A DNA stretch of 63,026 bases, counting the filler, from Globobulimina sp. (lineage: Eukaryota), in assembly GCA_003354225.1 (NCBI GenBank). It is 27 parts of 27 records of this genome, joined end to end, with 100 filler letters (N's around TTAATTAATTAA, not from the genome) between each part and the next. Parts side by side here need not be neighbours in the genome. Positions count along the whole stretch, not along the records: positions 60,791 to 63,026 come from PIVH01007989.1; 26 more parts are not named here. One strand, given 5' to 3'. Positions 60,930 to 63,026 of this stretch are shown here, piece by piece. The notes under the pieces were generated by a model. The model did not search any database, was not told the DNA's origin, and worked only from the letters and a program-made list of their open reading frames with translations. How positions within the stretch are numbered: the first letter of the stretch is position 1; each line of letters begins with the position of its first letter. A program made the position numbers and the translations under genes.

Positions 60930-61640
60930 CTATTTGCAATTGAATGGATGTCTAAATTGCAAACAATATCTATTCAGTTGCAATGGAATGACATGTTTTT
61001 CTTGTAACATTTTCCAAAACCTTGGCACATTTTGATTAACACTGTCAACGCCGTGCATTAGTCGATATCCTGCAAATACCATAACATCGCCACTTTCAAT
61101 ATTTATATGATGTTTTGTGTTGCAATTGTTTTTATGAATTTTATCATCGAGATCTCCATTGTGTTGATTAGAAAACCAAAAATCGCAAGTCGAGCCAATT
61201 GAAATTCATACAATCCATCCTTGATGAGCGTCAATGTGCGCTTCCAGAAATCCGCCGGATGGGTACAAGATGCCATACACTGCTTTGGCTGAATATGTCT
61301 CTTTATTCTTTTTATTGCTTTTTTCCTCTGCAATGTTTTCATTTGCTTGTCTTGTAATGGATATTACCAATTTGCCCAGAATAGTCCCTAAGTTTAACAA
61401 TAATTGCATTTCTTTTTCTTTTTCTTTGTAATCTTCAATTTCCATAAACTTTGTAGGCCAATTGTAGTAAATCCATGGTGTATGTTGAGGATACGGTGAT
61501 ATTCTTAGACGTTGCGCTGCATACAAATCATTACTTGCATTTATTAACTCAATTTGCTGTTTTTCTGAAAATAATTGTTTAATACATATGACATTATTGG
61601 CTAATCCAAATGCTTTAATTACACCTTCATTGTAATTCAT
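60930..61640 (-). pseudogene. AlkB-family 2OG-Fe(II) dioxygenase with in-frame TGA (61206-61208)
   Basis: LY..GGFLEAHID..WIV*ISIGSTCDFWF..IESGDVMVFAG..LMHGV..RYCLQFR in one frame, ending TAG. Confidence 0.8.
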
Positions 61641-61900
61641 ATTATTCAAATTCTTTATCCTTTTTAATTATAAACAACACACTAAAGACGTACATATTCA
61701 CTATTAATTTATTTCAAATATTAGCAACACACTCGTTTGCTTTTAGTACTTGAAATTCTATTTTTGATTCATCAATTTTCTTTGCAAAATCACACAAAAA
61801 ATGACCAAAGGATTCACCAGCTGCCATTATCTAAAACAAACGAAATAGTGAAAAGTATGAATTTATTATGCTCCTTGCACTACTATCTTAGTATGAATAT

Positions 61901-62851
61901 TTATAACATATATTTGGCACAATCGACTGTCAAACAAACTAAATTGAGATATGGTGCCAGCGACATCCGCATAGCCTCGCCACAAATTGAAGAATATCTC
62001 GTGGACCATATAAAGCTCCTTCGTACGCAGCGTAACTGCATATCTCTATTATCCAACACATGGCCTATACCACCAATATGAAACACCAAAAATATAACAG
62101 ATAACATATGTGATAATATAAATTGAGATATATTTGGCCTCGTCAACGCATACAAAGTGAATGGATATGAGAAAGCGTGACTTATTCGCACTAACCATGC
62201 GTCTTTGGGATGAACTCTGATAAAAATATAGATAATATCCACTATCCTTTCAGAAGCGGTAATTAGTGAATAATCCATCAATCCGCGGCCGGGATCCTCA
62301 TCACTTTTTTGGATCTTATATGTCCACCGAGAATATGTAACATCCATCACACAGAAACAAAAATATATCATTGAGTTTATTGCCCATTTAAAACACGTAC
62401 AAAATAATTTATATTTGATTGTTTGTTGAGTGGTTGTTGTAAATAGATGATTTGAGATAAATTTTTTTATTTTAAATGAATATTTCTTTTCCAAATATAA
62501 TGCAATTTGATAAAATACAAATAAATAAATAATACGATATTTCCAATCCATGGTTAAAACGGAGTTAATATAATTCCATGCATCCAATACATAATTTTCG
62601 TAACTATGTTTGCAATTTTTTTCAAATTTGGAAAAACGTGCTGATAGTCGCGAGATTATGTCGTCAAAAGAAGATGAAGAAAGGCCTTGTATAGATTGTT
62701 GAGTTAATGGTGATAGCAAATCATCCGTATATTGTAACGTACAAAAAACATAAATATTAAATGTTGCCAAAAAGATAAGAAAGTAATAGAATTGGTTAGA
62801 TATTGTCAATCTGTCTTGTATGAATGCTTTCGTTTTGCAGATCTGATACAT
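61901..62851 (-). CDS. Hypothetical membrane protein
   Basis: 316-aa ORF with several hydrophobic segments; no family recognised. Confidence 0.6.
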   Translation of the reverse strand: MYQICKTKAFIQDRLTISNQFYYFLIFLATFNIYVFCTLQYTDDLLSPLTQQSIQGLSSSSFDDIISRLSARFSKFEKNCKHSYENYVLDAWNYINSVLTMDWKYRIIYLFVFYQIALYLEKKYSFKIKKFISNHLFTTTTQQTIKYKLFCTCFKWAINSMIYFCFCVMDVTYSRWTYKIQKSDEDPGRGLMDYSLITASERIVDIIYIFIRVHPKDAWLVRISHAFSYPFTLYALTRPNISQFILSHMLSVIFLVFHIGGIGHVLDNRDMQLRCVRRSFIWSTRYSSICGEAMRMSLAPYLNLVCLTVDCAKYML

Positions 62852-63026
62852 TGAACGTCAAATAGCAAGACTGTCAGTGAGCAAGATAATAAAATAAATA
62901 AATAAATTATAAATAATACTGGATTTACACAATAACACAAAGAGAAAAGCAAAATCTATACACGCTGCAAGGTTAAAATAAAAAGTGGAAAAAATGAAAT
63001 GAAATTACTTGCAAATAATAGTATAA

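Noticed and set aside
1-63026. tRNA, rRNA or CRISPR arrays
   Set aside because: No cloverleaf, rRNA signature or repeat-spacer array recognised by eye; a covariance-model scan would be needed to exclude divergent RNAs.

Overview
This window is not one locus. It is 27 unrelated contigs of about 2.24 kb, sorted by decreasing length and joined by 100-nt N spacers carrying TTAATTAATTAA, so synteny across spacers means nothing. Most DNA is AT-rich eukaryotic nuclear sequence with short GT-AG introns (mostly 44-110 nt); a divergent retarian alpha2-type tubulin points to a foraminiferan (Rhizaria). Recognisable genes, many partial: XPF/ERCC4, alpha-tubulin, CNNM, VPS13, 14-3-3, ATG13, RalGAP/tuberin-like GAP, CNBP, MAP2K, SLC45/SUT, WBP4-like, USP, GH2, PPIL2, a CAR-type GPCR and several 2OG-Fe(II) oxygenases. 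Two non-LTR retrotransposon fragments and several MITE/foldback elements are present. Most interesting: (i) a Penelope-type minimal hammerhead ribozyme motif upstream of an orphan ORF, whose flanking repeat recurs with a compensatory core change downstream of an intron-containing kinase on a contig that assembles as a circle, a candidate Terminon/PLE-like gene-capturing system; (ii) an alpha-tubulin with natural E254A; (iii) an intron-containing toxin-RNase-like gene and a RING-AlkB fusion; (iv) foldbacks filling long introns; (v) repeated single in-frame stops; (vi) two bacterial-eukaryote junctions at microhomologies, probably amplification or assembly chimeras. All family assignments come from motif recognition by eye, not database searches.
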